Below the pieces are notes generated by a model, which was not told where the DNA came from, did no database searches, and saw only the letters and a program-made list of their open reading frames with translations. This document shows, piece by piece, positions 1 to 13,569 of a stretch of DNA of 38,770 bases (its first letter is position 1; each line of letters opens with the position of its first letter). The position numbers and the translations under genes are program-made. Location of the stretch: positions 38,967,571 through 39,006,340 of the forward strand of contig NC_068987.1 in the NCBI RefSeq assembly GCF_001194135.2. Reading direction: 5' to 3'. The DNA is from Octopus bimaculoides. Its lineage: Eukaryota.

Positions 1-139
1 AAACTCTTCTTGAAATAAAAATTAGATTCTTTGTCAGGAATTAGATATTGGTATGAACAATTACGTTCAACAAAAAATTACGTCCAACGAAAAAAGACCT
101 TTTAAAGCCCAGATAGGAACGAACAATCAAATAATGATC

Positions 140-250
140 ACATCGACCCCAGTACTCAGCTGGTACCTAATTTATCGACCCCGAAAGGATGAAAGGCAAA
201 TTCGACCTCCGCGGAATTTGAACTCAGAACGTAGCGGCAGACGAAATACC
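140..250 (-). mobile_element. tRNA-derived SINE, internal fragment
   Basis: Minus-strand B-box GAGTTCAAATTCC (plus 213-225) and the central motif ATCGACCCCGAAAGGATGAAAGGCAAA; homologous to 1948-2130 and 14615-14700. Confidence 0.8.
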
Positions 251-251
251 T

Positions 252-1947
<1,696 letters not shown>

Positions 1948-1948
<1 letters not shown>

Positions 1949-2130
1949 GTTTCAAATTTTGGCACAAGGCCAGCAAGTTTTGGGAACGGGGTTAGTCGAT
2001 TACATCTACTGGTATTTATTTCACCGACCCCGAAAGGATGAAAGGCAAAGTCGACTCCGGCAGAATTTAAGCTCAGAACGTAAAGACGAACAAAATGCCG
2101 CTAAGCATTTTGTTTGGCTAACAATTTTGA
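1948..2130 (-). mobile_element. tRNA-derived SINE whose 3' tail is the (ATT)n array
   Basis: GGTTTCAAATTTTGGCACAAGGCCAGC...CCGAAAGGATGAAAGGCAAAGTCGAC...GAATTTAAGCTC (degenerate B-box on the minus strand). Confidence 0.8.
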
Positions 2131-2235
2131 ACGGTTAGTTTACATTGTTTCGATATATAAATAGATAAAAAGAGAAATAAACAAAAGGAAACAGATTTCA
2201 TTTAAAAAATTAAAATTCTTACCAATTGTTCATAG

Positions 2236-2318
2236 TTCAATTGAAAATAACTGTAAGGCCAAATGAAGATCCAGATTATAATGTAACTCGAGATTCGACG
2301 TTGAAAGAAATGCTACAA
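2236..2318 (+). CDS. candidate internal exon of unidentified host gene (xQLKITVRPNEDPDYNVTRDSTLKEMLQ)
   Basis: Acceptor TTCATAG at 2235, open frame, NVT sequon. Donor is ambiguous (GT at 2319, 2331 or 2336). Confidence 0.35.
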
Positions 2319-2466
2319 GTTTCTGGAGGAGTTTCGTTTGTTGATTTTGTTTCTTGTTCGTTTTGTTTTTGCGTTTGTTCTATCGTTTGTCCATCTAACT
2401 CCCTATTTTTTAATTACAAGGATTTATAAATATTCGTTTTGTTTCTTATCTGCATTTTTCTTAAAG

Positions 2467-2640
2467 TTTACGTTCGATAAAATATTGATCAAGGCGAATT
2501 TAATTTTAATATATGGTGGACAATTTAGAAACACAAAGGCACTAGGAAGTTTGTTTGCCTCTAAGCCCGACCAGCCAGCAGGCTTGGCTCAAACGCCTAA
2601 CCTACAAGTAGACTGGTCTGAACCAGGGCAAAAATACCAG
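2467..2640 (+). CDS. candidate internal exon (FTFDKILIKANLILIYGGQFRNTKALGSLFASKPDQPAGLAQTPNLQVDWSEPGQKYQ)
   Basis: Polypyrimidine acceptor TTTTTCTTAAAG, 58 open codons in phase 0/0, donor CAG|GTATTT, protein-like composition. Confidence 0.45.
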
Positions 2641-2929
2641 GTATTTTCCTATACTATGCTTTTCTGATATGAAACAAGTTTTCCCCCGACGACGAATTGA
2701 AACTACAATTCAGTCTAGATGTGTACCGTCCTTATATACAGAGCCCTCCTATTTTTCGACAACAATACTTAATTGTCTGTATTCCATTGGTTTTAATTGT
2801 AGGTGTAATACTTCATTATCCTATGCTGACAGACGATTGCCCACAGACACACACGCGCGCACATAGACATTTGTATCATGTGAATACTTATCCTCATGTA
2901 TATGATTGTATTCTAAATATAGATGTTAT

Positions 2930-3004
2930 TTTATATATATATATATACCTCTAGTAACTATAACCATTATACGCAAGAGCATGCGTGCATACATGTATGT
3001 ATAC

Positions 3005-3036
<32 letters not shown>

Positions 3037-3368
3037 GCACACATACATGTATGTACACATATGTCTATATACAGAGAAAAGTGTATATACAAATATGTGT
3101 GTATCTGTATATATTTATATATATATATATACATACATATATATATACATACACACACACACACACACACANNNNNNNNNNNNNNNNNNNNNNNNNNNNN
3201 NNNNNNNNNNNNNNNTATACATAGATAGATAGATACATAGATACATGCATACATACATACATACATACATATATATATACATACACACACACACACACAC
3301 ACACATACATACATACATACATACATACATACACGCATATGCATATGTATGTATGTATGTATGTATGT
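2930..3368. repeat. compound (TA)/(CA)/(GATA)/(TACA) microsatellite with N gap
   Basis: Direct reading. Confidence 0.95.
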
Positions 3369-4124
3369 AGTCAATGCTCATTCGTTCATTTTATGTGCTG
3401 AAAATAACTAAAGAAAAACGCCTTCACAAAGAATATTTGTAATTTATATAGAAAAAAAAATTAATGAAAACAAGACAAACAATGAAACTTCGTGGGCCGA
3501 GGAGGATAAGTCTGAGAGTGAAAATAGCCAAAGATATGGAGGCTGGAGGGAGAGGAGCAATAGAAAGTTAGAAAATCGTGCAAGAACTATAGGTGGAGAT
3601 TGAAAGAACCATTAGATTGTCTATTATCTAACCGGTCGGCTGTCATTCAAAGGTTGTCACATGATGCAAATCTTTCAAGCATTCTATATCTAGCACTATC
3701 TAATACTATTCTGTATACGTCTATTATACACTTAAATATAAAAATACATTTTATACCCTTCCACAGACACACACGTGTGTAAGTAAACGCATACGTATGT
3801 GTATGCATGTTACATATATATATATATATACGTACGTACATTACATACATATGTACATACGTTACATACATACGTACGTACGTATGTATGCAGGTAGGTA
3901 TGTATTTATTAACAGGAATACCTAATGCGTGTTGCCTGAGAGTTGATGGTAACATTGCATTTTAGTTTATAAACTTTTACTAAACTCTTAGGGATATACC
4001 GGACCAAAAACCTAAGGATTCTTGAACAGATTTTTTTTTATTTCTGTTTTAAACTTAGACATATACTATTTGATGAAAAAAAAATCGCAAATTAGATTCT
4101 TTTCATTTTCTACTTCTCTAAACC

Positions 4125-4480
4125 TACCCCGAAACCCTGAATCAAACCTAACGCTAAATCCTATTCCTTAATCCAAGCTTTGTTTGGCGAGTTCTGCTTT
4201 ACGAATGGATTTAGGCTGTATCGAGACGAATTTATCTTGTATCAAGAATTGTTCTCATTTCACTACGTAACACGTCGATCAGCGATACGCTCCCACTAAT
4301 TTTGTGCTTGCATATTACAAATACAACCATAAAACCCTAGCCTTAAACTCTAATCCTAAGCTTATCTCTAAATTTTAATTCCTAAACACCAACACTAACT
4401 CCAAACTTAATGTCAACTCTAAAACTTAACTCTGATCTTAACCCCTAACAATATCCCCTAAACCTAATCGTTAACCCTTA
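4125..4480. repeat. highly degenerate CCCTAA-like tract interrupted by a 144-bp segment
   Basis: Recurrent AAACCTA/CCCTAA/CTCTAA variants on both sides of 4179-4322. Confidence 0.45.
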
Positions 4481-5663
4481 TTATTGATTGGTTTGGGTTT
4501 TTTTAAGAATTATATGTAATATTGAAAAACATATATAATACTGAATATATATAATACTGAAAAACAAAATAAAAACCGCAATTGTTTCTCACACTCATGT
4601 TTCTTTTTTTTCTTTTCTTTTTGATATCACAACGTTTAAGATGTTAATAATTTCTTGATACACTCATAATTAATATAAAAAATATAATGATATTTGCCCT
4701 AACATATAATTTACATCACTTCTGATGCAATCAAAGCCACGCATGTTCTCTTTATTATGTTGTTTATATATCAGTTTAAGCATATATGGAATAAACCAAC
4801 CAGTAATATAGACATGAAAATAATTTGAATTACACATTCAACGTATTGTCAAATATCCCAAGAAAAATCATCTCCTAGATCAATCTTGCATATCACATAA
4901 CTATTTTTTGTTCTTTTTCTATAATCAATTGATGCAATTTTTGTTTGGCGAGTTCTGCTTTACGAATGGATTTAGGCTGTATCGAGACGAATTTATCTTG
5001 TATCAAGAATTGTTCTCATTTCACTACGTAACACGTCGATCAGCGATACGCTCCCACTAATTTTGTGCTTGCATATTACAAATTCTTGTTTTTAAGTATC
5101 TTTTCCACTCGCCTTATGTAATATTTTATCTCACGCGCATTTTTGTTTATAACGAATTCTGTCTTGTTTTCTTATTAACTCCACCAACTGGACATTATGA
5201 ATATCCTGTTTAGTTATATTGTTTATTCACTAGCAAATCCTTGCTATTTTCTGCATGCATGCCTTTTTTTTTATTTTTTGTTATTGTACAATACCAAACA
5301 CCAAATCTTTGTTATACTCTACATTATTTCGGTATTTTCAACACCATTTTGATATCTTACCAAGTTTGAATTCTGTGTATTGTCTTTATGAAGTTAACCG
5401 GCAATATTTGCNNNNNNNNNNTTGTTTGGCGAGTTCTGCTTTACGAATGGATTTAGGCTGTATCGAGACGAATTTATCTTGTATCAAGAATTGTTCTCAT
5501 TTCACTACGTAACACGTCGATCAGCGATACGCTCCCACTAATTTTGTGCTTGCATATTACAAATTCTTGTTTTTAAGTATCTTTTCCACTCGCCTTATGT
5601 AATATTTTATCTCACGCGCATTTTTGTTTATAACGAATTCTGTCTTGTTTTCTTATTAACTCC
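4179..5663 (+). repeat. three identical copies of a 144-242 bp segment (4179-4322, 4940-5182, 5422-5663)
   Basis: Exact sequence identity; the third copy is flanked by 10-N gaps, so probably an assembly artefact. Confidence 0.9.
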
Positions 5664-5674
5664 NNNNNNNNNNC

Positions 5675-5930
5675 CCGTCGTATATATATATGTATATATG
5701 TATGTGTGTGTATATGTTTGTATGTCTGTGTTTGTCCCCCCCCCATCTTCGCTTGACAACCGATGCTGGTGTGTTTACGTCCCCGTAACTTAGCGGTTCG
5801 GCAAAAAGAGACCGATAGAATAAGTACTAGGCTTCCAAAGAATAAGTCCTGGGGTCGATTTGCTCGACTAAAGGCGGTGCTCCAGCATGGCCGCAGTCAA
5901 ATGACTGAAACAAGTAAAAGAGTAAGAGTA
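5675..5930 (+). mobile_element. 3' half of the long tRNA-derived SINE
   Basis: TTGACAACCGATGCTGGTGTGTTTACGTCCCCGTAACTTAGCGGTTCGGC...CTCCAGCATGGCCGCAGTC; homologous to 27955-28120 and, inverted, to 26040-26190. Confidence 0.88.
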
Positions 5931-6206
5931 TAGTAGACAATCGAAAACTTTCTAACCCAAGTAAACCAAAAGTTAAGAATGAAAGATAACAACAGAATTG
6001 AACAATAAAGAAAAAACGATAGAAAATGTAGAAAATGACAAATTAAAGATTAAAATATTAAAAGATGACGAGAAGCTGAGGTAGTGTGAAAGGTTTTAAT
6101 ATATTACATGAACAGGGATCCTCGTTTGAAAATTGCAGACAGTTTTTTTCCAAATTTTCAAAAGTTCAAAGTTTAAAAGATTTAACGGTTTTCTCAGAGA
6201 TAGGTC

Positions 6207-6208
<2 letters not shown>

Positions 6209-6284
<76 letters not shown>

Positions 6285-6333
6285 TACATACATACATACA
6301 TACATACATACATACATACATACATACATACAT

Positions 6334-6364
<31 letters not shown>

Positions 6365-6373
6365 TACACACAC

Positions 6374-6424
<51 letters not shown>

Positions 6425-6565
6425 CAGACAGAGAGATACATACATACATACATACATACATACATACATACATAGAGGGGACCTACTGGTGTCATGTGGT
6501 CCGTATGTAGCCTTGTTGCTAGTTCTTGGGTTAACATATGTATGTATGTATGTATGTATGTATGC
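6209..6565. repeat. compound (GATA)/(TACA)/(CA) microsatellite
   Basis: Direct reading. Confidence 0.95.
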
Positions 6566-6781
6566 ATGATTATACAGGGGAACTATTTTGAACATAATTT
6601 CTGTTCAGTTTGCTTTTCCACTTCAATTAGACTAAAATTGGCAAGCTGATTTCAAAACTACAGTCAGTCTTCTTTCGTGTCAAGTTATTTTTCTAGACCT
6701 TATTCTCTGAATAAGCACAATAGTAATTTCTTATCCGTAAATAATAGGGCTGGTCAACTGCTTTTATTATTTTATTGATAA

Positions 6782-7900
6782 CACTGGGAAACATTTTCAA
6801 AAGACTTTTAGTTGTCTTACTTTTTGCATCTAGTCCTACCTAATTTGATGGTGCTGAGTCCAAAAATATCCCCAGAAATGTTCTATCAAGTAAAACTTTT
6901 TGTTAAACAGGGATTCATATTTTACCAAAAAATACTCAAATTTGCCACTAAATGCATTACTGAAATTAGAAACTAAGAGACCAAATAGTACTTTTTATTG
7001 TTTAACAAATACAATATACTACACAAAATGTTTAATTACATATGTTAGGAGAGATTTCTGTCAAACTGGAGTTTCAACTACTCATGGAGAGAATTTTCTC
7101 TTTGCTACTTTGCATGAATAACTTGCATCAAGACAGCCTCTTTGCTGAGACCAGCAGTAGCCAACCATCATATTCCACCTGCATTGATACCTAGTCTCCA
7201 TGGTCTCGATATTTTGGTGGAATCTTTCTCCTTGTTCATTACTCATAGCACCATAATTTTCAAAGAAGTAGTCCAGATGACTGAGTAGGAAATGCACTTT
7301 AACTCTCATGTTGCAGCCCAGTGCTCGAAAACTGGTTAACTGGGTCTGCACAAGTTCTTCATAATTTGATGACTTTCTGTTTCTCAGGAAATCAGACAAC
7401 TGCAGCAACAGTATTCCTTGCTTCTTTTTCAACGCCAGACATGGTCTTCAAAAACTGCTTGTCCTGCAACAGTCACCTAATCTGTGACCCGTCAAACACA
7501 CCAACCTTAATTTTCTCACAAGACAAGGCTGGAAACTCTCTGCTTAAGTATTTGAAACAATCATTGTCACAGTGTTTTAACATGTTTTACACACTATACG
7601 GGGTGCTCAGGCTTTGTGTTGGTCGCCCAGTTTTGTGCGATTTTGCTTCACTGCCTAGGTAAAGTGTAACATCCCCGAATATAGAAGAAGACATTGGGGC
7701 TCTTTCTGCATTTTCGTCTCTCACAACTGGCCGTATTTCTGAAATACAAAACATATATTCAAGCCAGTTGACACCTGGGAATAGTATTTTCAGAATTGTC
7801 AACAGCTATAAAAGGAAGCAAATGCAGATTTGTGATGGCAAAGTTCCATAAAGAGCGTACATACCATGAAACTCCTTCTACAGTTCTTTGAGCCATGTTA
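6782..7900 (-). mobile_element. Chapaev (CMC) DNA transposon, internally deleted remnant
   Basis: CACTGGG terminus at 6782. C-terminal VKVHFLLSHLDYFFENYGAMSNEQGERFHQNIETMETRYQCRW and EKIKVGVFDGSQIR; N-terminal CRKSPNVFFYIRGCYT and KLGDQHKA*APRIVCKTC. Confidence 0.78.
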
Positions 7901-9214
7901 CCTCATAACTGAAACATTAAAGGCGCATTCAAAATACCAATTTTCTTAAGAAATAGTAAAAAGTTCAACAAAACATGTCTCACCTGGTTTGCAATGATAG
8001 TTACACTAAATCAAGCACAGCGTAGGCATATTTGCTGGCAAATCCCGCAAATAGGAGAAATGTGTAATGTCATGGACCACAGAAATGTGCTGTTTATTAA
8101 CATCTAATTGCATAAATGACATTTCTGTCATCGTCATGACATTTAAAACTGGTTAGATTGAAAATAGTAAAAGTGGCTCACGTTTGTTGCATTTTATTTA
8201 CTGAAGATATTCAAATCACGACTTTGTTTTTCAGTTTTGTAGATGCTTTAAATGATATTCAGGTTTGTAGATACTTTAAATGATATAGAAAAATTATATT
8301 TTCAAAGTTATGTCAAACTCCATTCATGGGTCTGTATTTATCATTAGAAATGGTGACAATACTGAAAATGTTGAAAGATGTACGTTTGAGTATGTGAAAA
8401 ATCTCGACGTGAAAGAATGAAATAGATTACATTTGAAAGGAGTGCAATTAATGACAGTAGAGGTTTACATCCTCTAAGTTAGAAAAAAAAACTGGCTGCA
8501 ACTAATAAGAAACGCAGGACAACATGAATTTCATACATGAATAAGAAGTGGAAGGAGTGAGAAACATTGTGAAACAGATAGAATGAATGAGGAACTGAAT
8601 CCATTAGATCCCCAGTTGTGATACATGGGTTTATCATAAATAAATTTGTCTTTGACGTCTTTTCTTTCATAGATGGCCTGTCTCTTAACTAGTCAGCTAA
8701 GATCAATGGCTTCACGAATTGATGCCATTCAACTTCGACTACAGAATTTGAAATCAGTTCACTCAACAATGACTACAATCATTACTGAACATACATCTAT
8801 CATGAACTGTTTCACTTGGTGTAAACATGTTTTCTGTCGTTCATCACAACGTTTTTACGTTAATAATAATAAATATTTTGTTATTGGAACTTCACACAGT
8901 ATTCTGTCCTTCCGTCCATCAACAGAAAATATTCATTGTTACACACATACTGTTAAATTTTTAACTAAGTATATTGAAATCGAGCTCGCCAAATTTGCGT
9001 GATGTAAATAAGTGTTTCTGGAAATGAGACCTTTCCGTGATTGTTCCAGTTCCCTGCCCTCTTGGATCAAACTCAGCAGTGAGCAATATCTGTTAGTAAC
9101 AGATTAACCATTTGATCTATTAAGATATCTGATATATTTTGATTGGATCACCAATGTACCGCGTTAATGATTTGAGATATGTCAAATAGTGAGAAATGTA
9201 GCTTGTTTCTTTTA

Positions 9215-9890
9215 CTACTCACAAACGTATCATACCATAAAACTACACAACTTCAGCAACAGTATTCCTCTTCTTTTTCAACGCCAGAAATGGTCTCCAA
9301 AAATTGCTTGTCCTTCAATAGTCACCTAATCTGTGACCCGTCAAACACACCAAACCTTAATTTTCTCACAAGTCAACTTAAATGTATCAATGAGAAAAAA
9401 ATTGAGAGGCACAAACACCGGATCTTTCTCTGTTTGGCTTTTATTTTTCAAGTCCTTCAATTTTTTTCCAGTCGATTTCAAATCTGTTGTATCGATGTAG
9501 TTTTGTATGCTAATTATGGAAATGGAATTCAATGTTGCTTTAGATTAATAAATAAAAAGTTAATAGCTTTTAAAGTTTGCAAATTTGGGGTACCTTTACC
9601 TAATCGAAAACCACAGACATAATGTTGTCTGTTTCCATAGTAACAAGCTAAGCTGTTGTGTAGTCTGCTTACCCATCTGTTGCCGACTCATGTGACCTTT
9701 CGTATATGATAGAGAAATTGAAAACCGAGGAGGATGCGATTCATAGGGCAGACCTATGATCAAAAGGAGCATTTTAATGTTGAACGCCATACAGTTTACT
9801 ATAGTCTAGTATGTCCATCCCCATTTTATAACGTTATGGTGCTATGGGAGAGACTTAGCTTCCTTTTCCAGCAATTCGATCGTTACATGT
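9215..9890 (-). mobile_element. second Chapaev transposase remnant
   Basis: 9250-9372 closely matches 7400-7525 at the nucleotide level (EKIK..DGSQIR); further decayed transposase sequence continues to about 9890. Confidence 0.7.
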
Positions 9891-10855
9891 AGTAAACTAT
9901 TATTTTCTTAGGTGGTTTTTCCTTGTAATTTAACGTTCATTTTGTTTTGTTGTTTTTGTTTTTGTTTATTTTTATTTTCTTTTGTAAATTAAAGTTGAGA
10001 TTCAGTTTCTTTTTTTTTTTTTATTAATAGTTTTTCGCATTACTTGCCTGCTTTGCCATTTCTTTTGACTTCGTTCATTAAAACTTATTAAAACTTTCAT
10101 CGTTGAATGTTGTTTTGTCGTCATAATGTTGTCATCACGCATAAAACGTCTCTTTCCAAATCTTGTTTTCTGATCGGGCAAAAATTATTAAACTTTAAAC
10201 CTCTGTAATATTTTTCTAAAACCACTTTTTTGGAACAAGTGAATAACATCAGATTCAGTGGGAAAAATTACATCAATAAACCTAAGTTGAAAATTTTCAC
10301 TTAATTTTAAAATTTCAAAAAGTGAAACCAAACAGAAAAGATTTCAAACAACTACTGATTAAATGTGTATTTGAAAGAAGGGAAACAAACAAAAAAGACT
10401 GGGAGAACCGAAAAAAGAACATCAGAGAAGGCGGGGAAACTAAAGGGTATAGTTGTATGAGGTGAGGTGGAATGAAGATTGACAGGAAGAGAATGAAAGA
10501 GAAAGTAAAAGTGGAGGATGAAGAGAATGAAAGAGAAAGTAGAAGAGGGGAAAATGAAGGGAAGAGGGAATGTAATTGACGAGAGAAAAGAGAGTAAAAT
10601 GAAAAAATGGAACGATGATAGGAGAAAAGTATATCTCATTCACACACACTTATTCAAACACATACACGCACGCACACACGTGCGTATGTGTGTGTGTATG
10701 TAGAAACAAGCACATACATAAGTAAAACATATAGATGCCGTACAAACCTTTATACATATATACTGAAACATGTGTGCGCGTAGAAATATACACTTACATA
10801 AAAGCACACGTGTACATGTGTGCATGCGCATGTGTGTGCATGCATAATTGCATAG

Positions 10856-10925
10856 ATGGTTTCTAATTTAGGGACAAAGCTAGCAATTGGGAAAGGAGTT
10901 AGTTGATAATATTGGCCTCAGTAGT
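10856..10925 (-). mobile_element. SINE 3' half (continues at 14615-14700)
   Basis: GGTTTCTAATTTAGGGACAAAGCTAGC...CTCAGTAGT joins AGTTGACTAGTACTTCAATTTATCGACCC to rebuild the SINE seen at 140-250 and 1948-2130. Confidence 0.7.
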
Positions 10926-11184
10926 TGTGATATGACGCACGACTTCTCATCGTCACCGTTATATCTGAACTGTTATATCAAACGTTCCTGATGTTCTCTT
11001 ATTACTTTCCAACTGTGTATCTTCAACAAGCACTTCACGATATCTCTATTCAATAATTCCTACGACCTGTACACTATGACTGCGCATTGACGCTTTTCTC
11101 AGACTGTTCTGCGCATGCTCATTTATACTAACTAGTATAGTTCCCTTAGCCAATCGCGGGGGTGTACAGATTCCCCATACAACA
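10926..11184 (-). mobile_element. complete 259-bp Gypsy LTR (3' LTR)
   Basis: TGT...ACA termini, TATAAA on the minus strand, and 11079-11182 repeated at 14511-14615. Confidence 0.8.
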
Positions 11185-11219
11185 TCTGAGATTGGCTTTC
11201 TCTTTATTTTTTTTTTCAC

Positions 11220-12870
11220 TTCCTTGGAGAGAAATTGGCAGATTTTTTTCGTTTAGAATCAACCTCTAACATCTCCGTCCGCTTTATCTCTCTAGTTGAC
11301 TTGCGCACTAGTTCAACCCTTACCTGCGGCGCCGGAATATCAAATATATATGATAAAGTATTTCCATAGGCTCTTCCTGCTTTTTCGTCCTTCTCTCTGT
11401 GTATCTCTTTTTTTTTTATTTACATGTCCCTTATGCTCACATGTCTGCTCTTTCACCAGATAAATTATTCTACCAAGACGTTTGGTTATTCGTCCTTGTT
11501 TCCAGCATTGCTTTCCACATTTGTACATTTTAAAAAGTACTGCGTCACCTATATTGAAATAGTTTGTATTATTAACAGTATTCTCCTATATTTGTTGTTT
11601 CCTTCCTGGTAACAATTTATCAAATACTGATCGTACATTTCTGGCGAACATTAATTCAGAGGGTAACGTACCCAACTCTGTTTTGAAGTTTGACGTTATT
11701 CTATAGGCGCGTAAAAATTTTATTAGTCTATTATCCACTAATAATTCGTTTCTGGTTTTCCTCAACGCTCTTTTAAACGTATCTACGAACCTCTCCGCAA
11801 GTCCATTTGATCTCGGATGATGTGGCGAGGTAGTGACATGTTTCATTTGATGCGTCTTACAAAAATCTTTGAACTCTTTTGCTGTAAATTGCGTGCCATT
11901 ATCCGACACTATAGTGTCCGGCACACCAAAACGTGCAAATATATCATCCAAAAATTCAGTAATTATTTTCGTAGCTGGTTTTCTGCAGTTACAAATTTCA
12001 GGCCATTTTGTGTAGCTATCTACCACTACCAGAAAATATACAACATTTAGAGGTCCTGCAAAATCTGTGTAGTCTAGACCACGGTATATCTGTCTTTGGC
12101 CATGGTTGAATCTTTACTGGAGAAGCCTTAGTTGCCAGGACGCATCCCTTGCATACTTTCACCAATTTCTCGATATCTTTATCCATACTAGGCCAGTAAA
12201 TATAACTCTTCGTGATGGACTTCATCCTAGCAATTCCAGGATGTCCTACAACCCTTTGAATGTACATCAACACATTGTCACACATCGAATAGTATTTCGA
12301 ACCTGTTTTACGATCAGTGACATAATTTTTTGTATTTGTCTCATTCCTTATTATTTTGTTTTTTCATTTTGTTAATAAATGCATCTTTTTCTGCTTTACT
12401 TTTTATCTCTTCCAATGGGACTGGCAGTTCCCGCACTACACTGCAGAAAATATGTTTAAATTCAACTTATGATTTTAAGGCTGCTATTACTGTATCTTCT
12501 AGCGGTTCCTTATGCTTAGGGATCAATCTCGACAGTCCGTCCGCTTGTCCCAATTTCTTCAAAATCAAAAATTCCATTTTGAAATCGTAGTTTAATAAGG
12601 TAGTCCCCCAGAGCTGTAATCGATTGGCTGCATATGTAGGGACACCTTTTTTTTGTCCATATATTGTTAATAGTGGACAGTGATCTGTCTGCAAGGGTAA
12701 CTTTCTGCCATGCAAGAATTTATGAAATTTCTTCACAGCAAAAATAATGGCTAGTGCCTCTTTCTTTATCTGGCTATAATTTTTTTCCTACCGATAGTTT
12801 TACCTTACCATTTTCCAACTTATGTAAGATTACTGCTCCGATCCCAGACTCACTAGCTTCTGATCTGGAA
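11220..12870 (-). mobile_element. Ty3/Gypsy pol remnant (RNase H + integrase)
   Basis: KNYSQIKKEALAIIFAVKKFHKFLHGRKLPLQTDHCPL, HPGIARMK, VVDSYTKWPE, VSDNGTQF, SNGLAERFVDTFK; several frameshifts. Confidence 0.95.
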
Positions 12871-12872
12871 AT

Positions 12873-13520
12873 GATGATGCCCTGGGAAGGACCCTGGGTC
12901 TCGATGATAACCAGTTAGACAGCCTGTTCCGAAGAAAGTTCGGGCCGAAGATACTGGATAACTTCCAAAAGTCTTTGGCCTGACAGTGTTACCGAGGAGC
13001 CCTACCCGTTCGGGATAAACTCATGAGACACGGCCACCCTGGGCCGACGGCCTGTCCAAGATGCGGGCAGGGCGTGTAAACCGTCCTGCACGCTATTGTT
13101 CAGTGTCCGGGTACTTCAGAAGCATGGATTTATGCGGAACAACTGTTGTCTGATGGGAGAAGAGTACAGCTATCGTCTGAGTCAATTGTAAAAATTAACC
13201 CACCGGATTTCCTGACGGAAGAAGGTAAGAATTGTTTTCTCGTAGTAGTAGCAATTGCGAGAGAGGTGATATGGAAGTCGAGAATGAAAGGTATCGTGAC
13301 AAACACCTGCGTCTTCGGCCTCGCCCTCGTGAAAATGTTCACTTTTCACTTGAAAAGGAAGGTGGGGCTGGAAAAGGAGGTGTTTATCAGAGAGTGAGTT
13401 TAAAAAACGATGGACGCGTGTAGCACGCATGTTGGGAGTGAAAAACCCTGCGTGAGCACAATTAAGTGACTACCAGTAAGTCGGTGTTAAGGACATACCT
13501 GTTTTGAACATCTCATCGTG
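12873..13520 (+). mobile_element. Tx1/L1-clade LINE, ORF2 C-terminal (zf-RVT) fragment
   Basis: YRGALPVRDKLMRHG..ACPRCGQ...TVLHAIVQCP...AIAREVIWKSR; stops present. Confidence 0.85.
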
Positions 13521-13569
13521 TGATTTATTGTTTGTGATTTATTGCTTGTGATTTATTGTTTGTAATTTA

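Noticed and set aside
2222-2251. Minus-strand micro-exon YFQLNYEQL with GTAAG donor
   Set aside because: Only 28 nt, overlaps a longer plus-strand candidate, and has no supporting minus-strand exons.
2906-3381. YI/VC/HT-rich ORFs (also at 6096-6595, 14674-14966, 25054-25726)
   Set aside because: Microsatellite translations.
5422-5663. Perfect triplication suggesting a young tandem element
   Set aside because: The third copy is bounded by two 10-N gaps and the first is read-length sized (144 bp) and 100% identical, so gap-filling or assembly artefacts are most likely.
8673-9002. 109-aa plus ORF behind a good acceptor (TTTCTTTCATAG|ATG)
   Set aside because: No convincing donor, an AT-rich second half and no recognisable motif; it lies between transposon remnants and may be the antisense of a fossil TE. 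Left unannotated.
11320-11340. PBS-like GGCGCCGCAGG
   Set aside because: It lies inside the Gypsy pol C-terminal frame (FDIPAPQV) next to the 3' LTR and lacks TGG.
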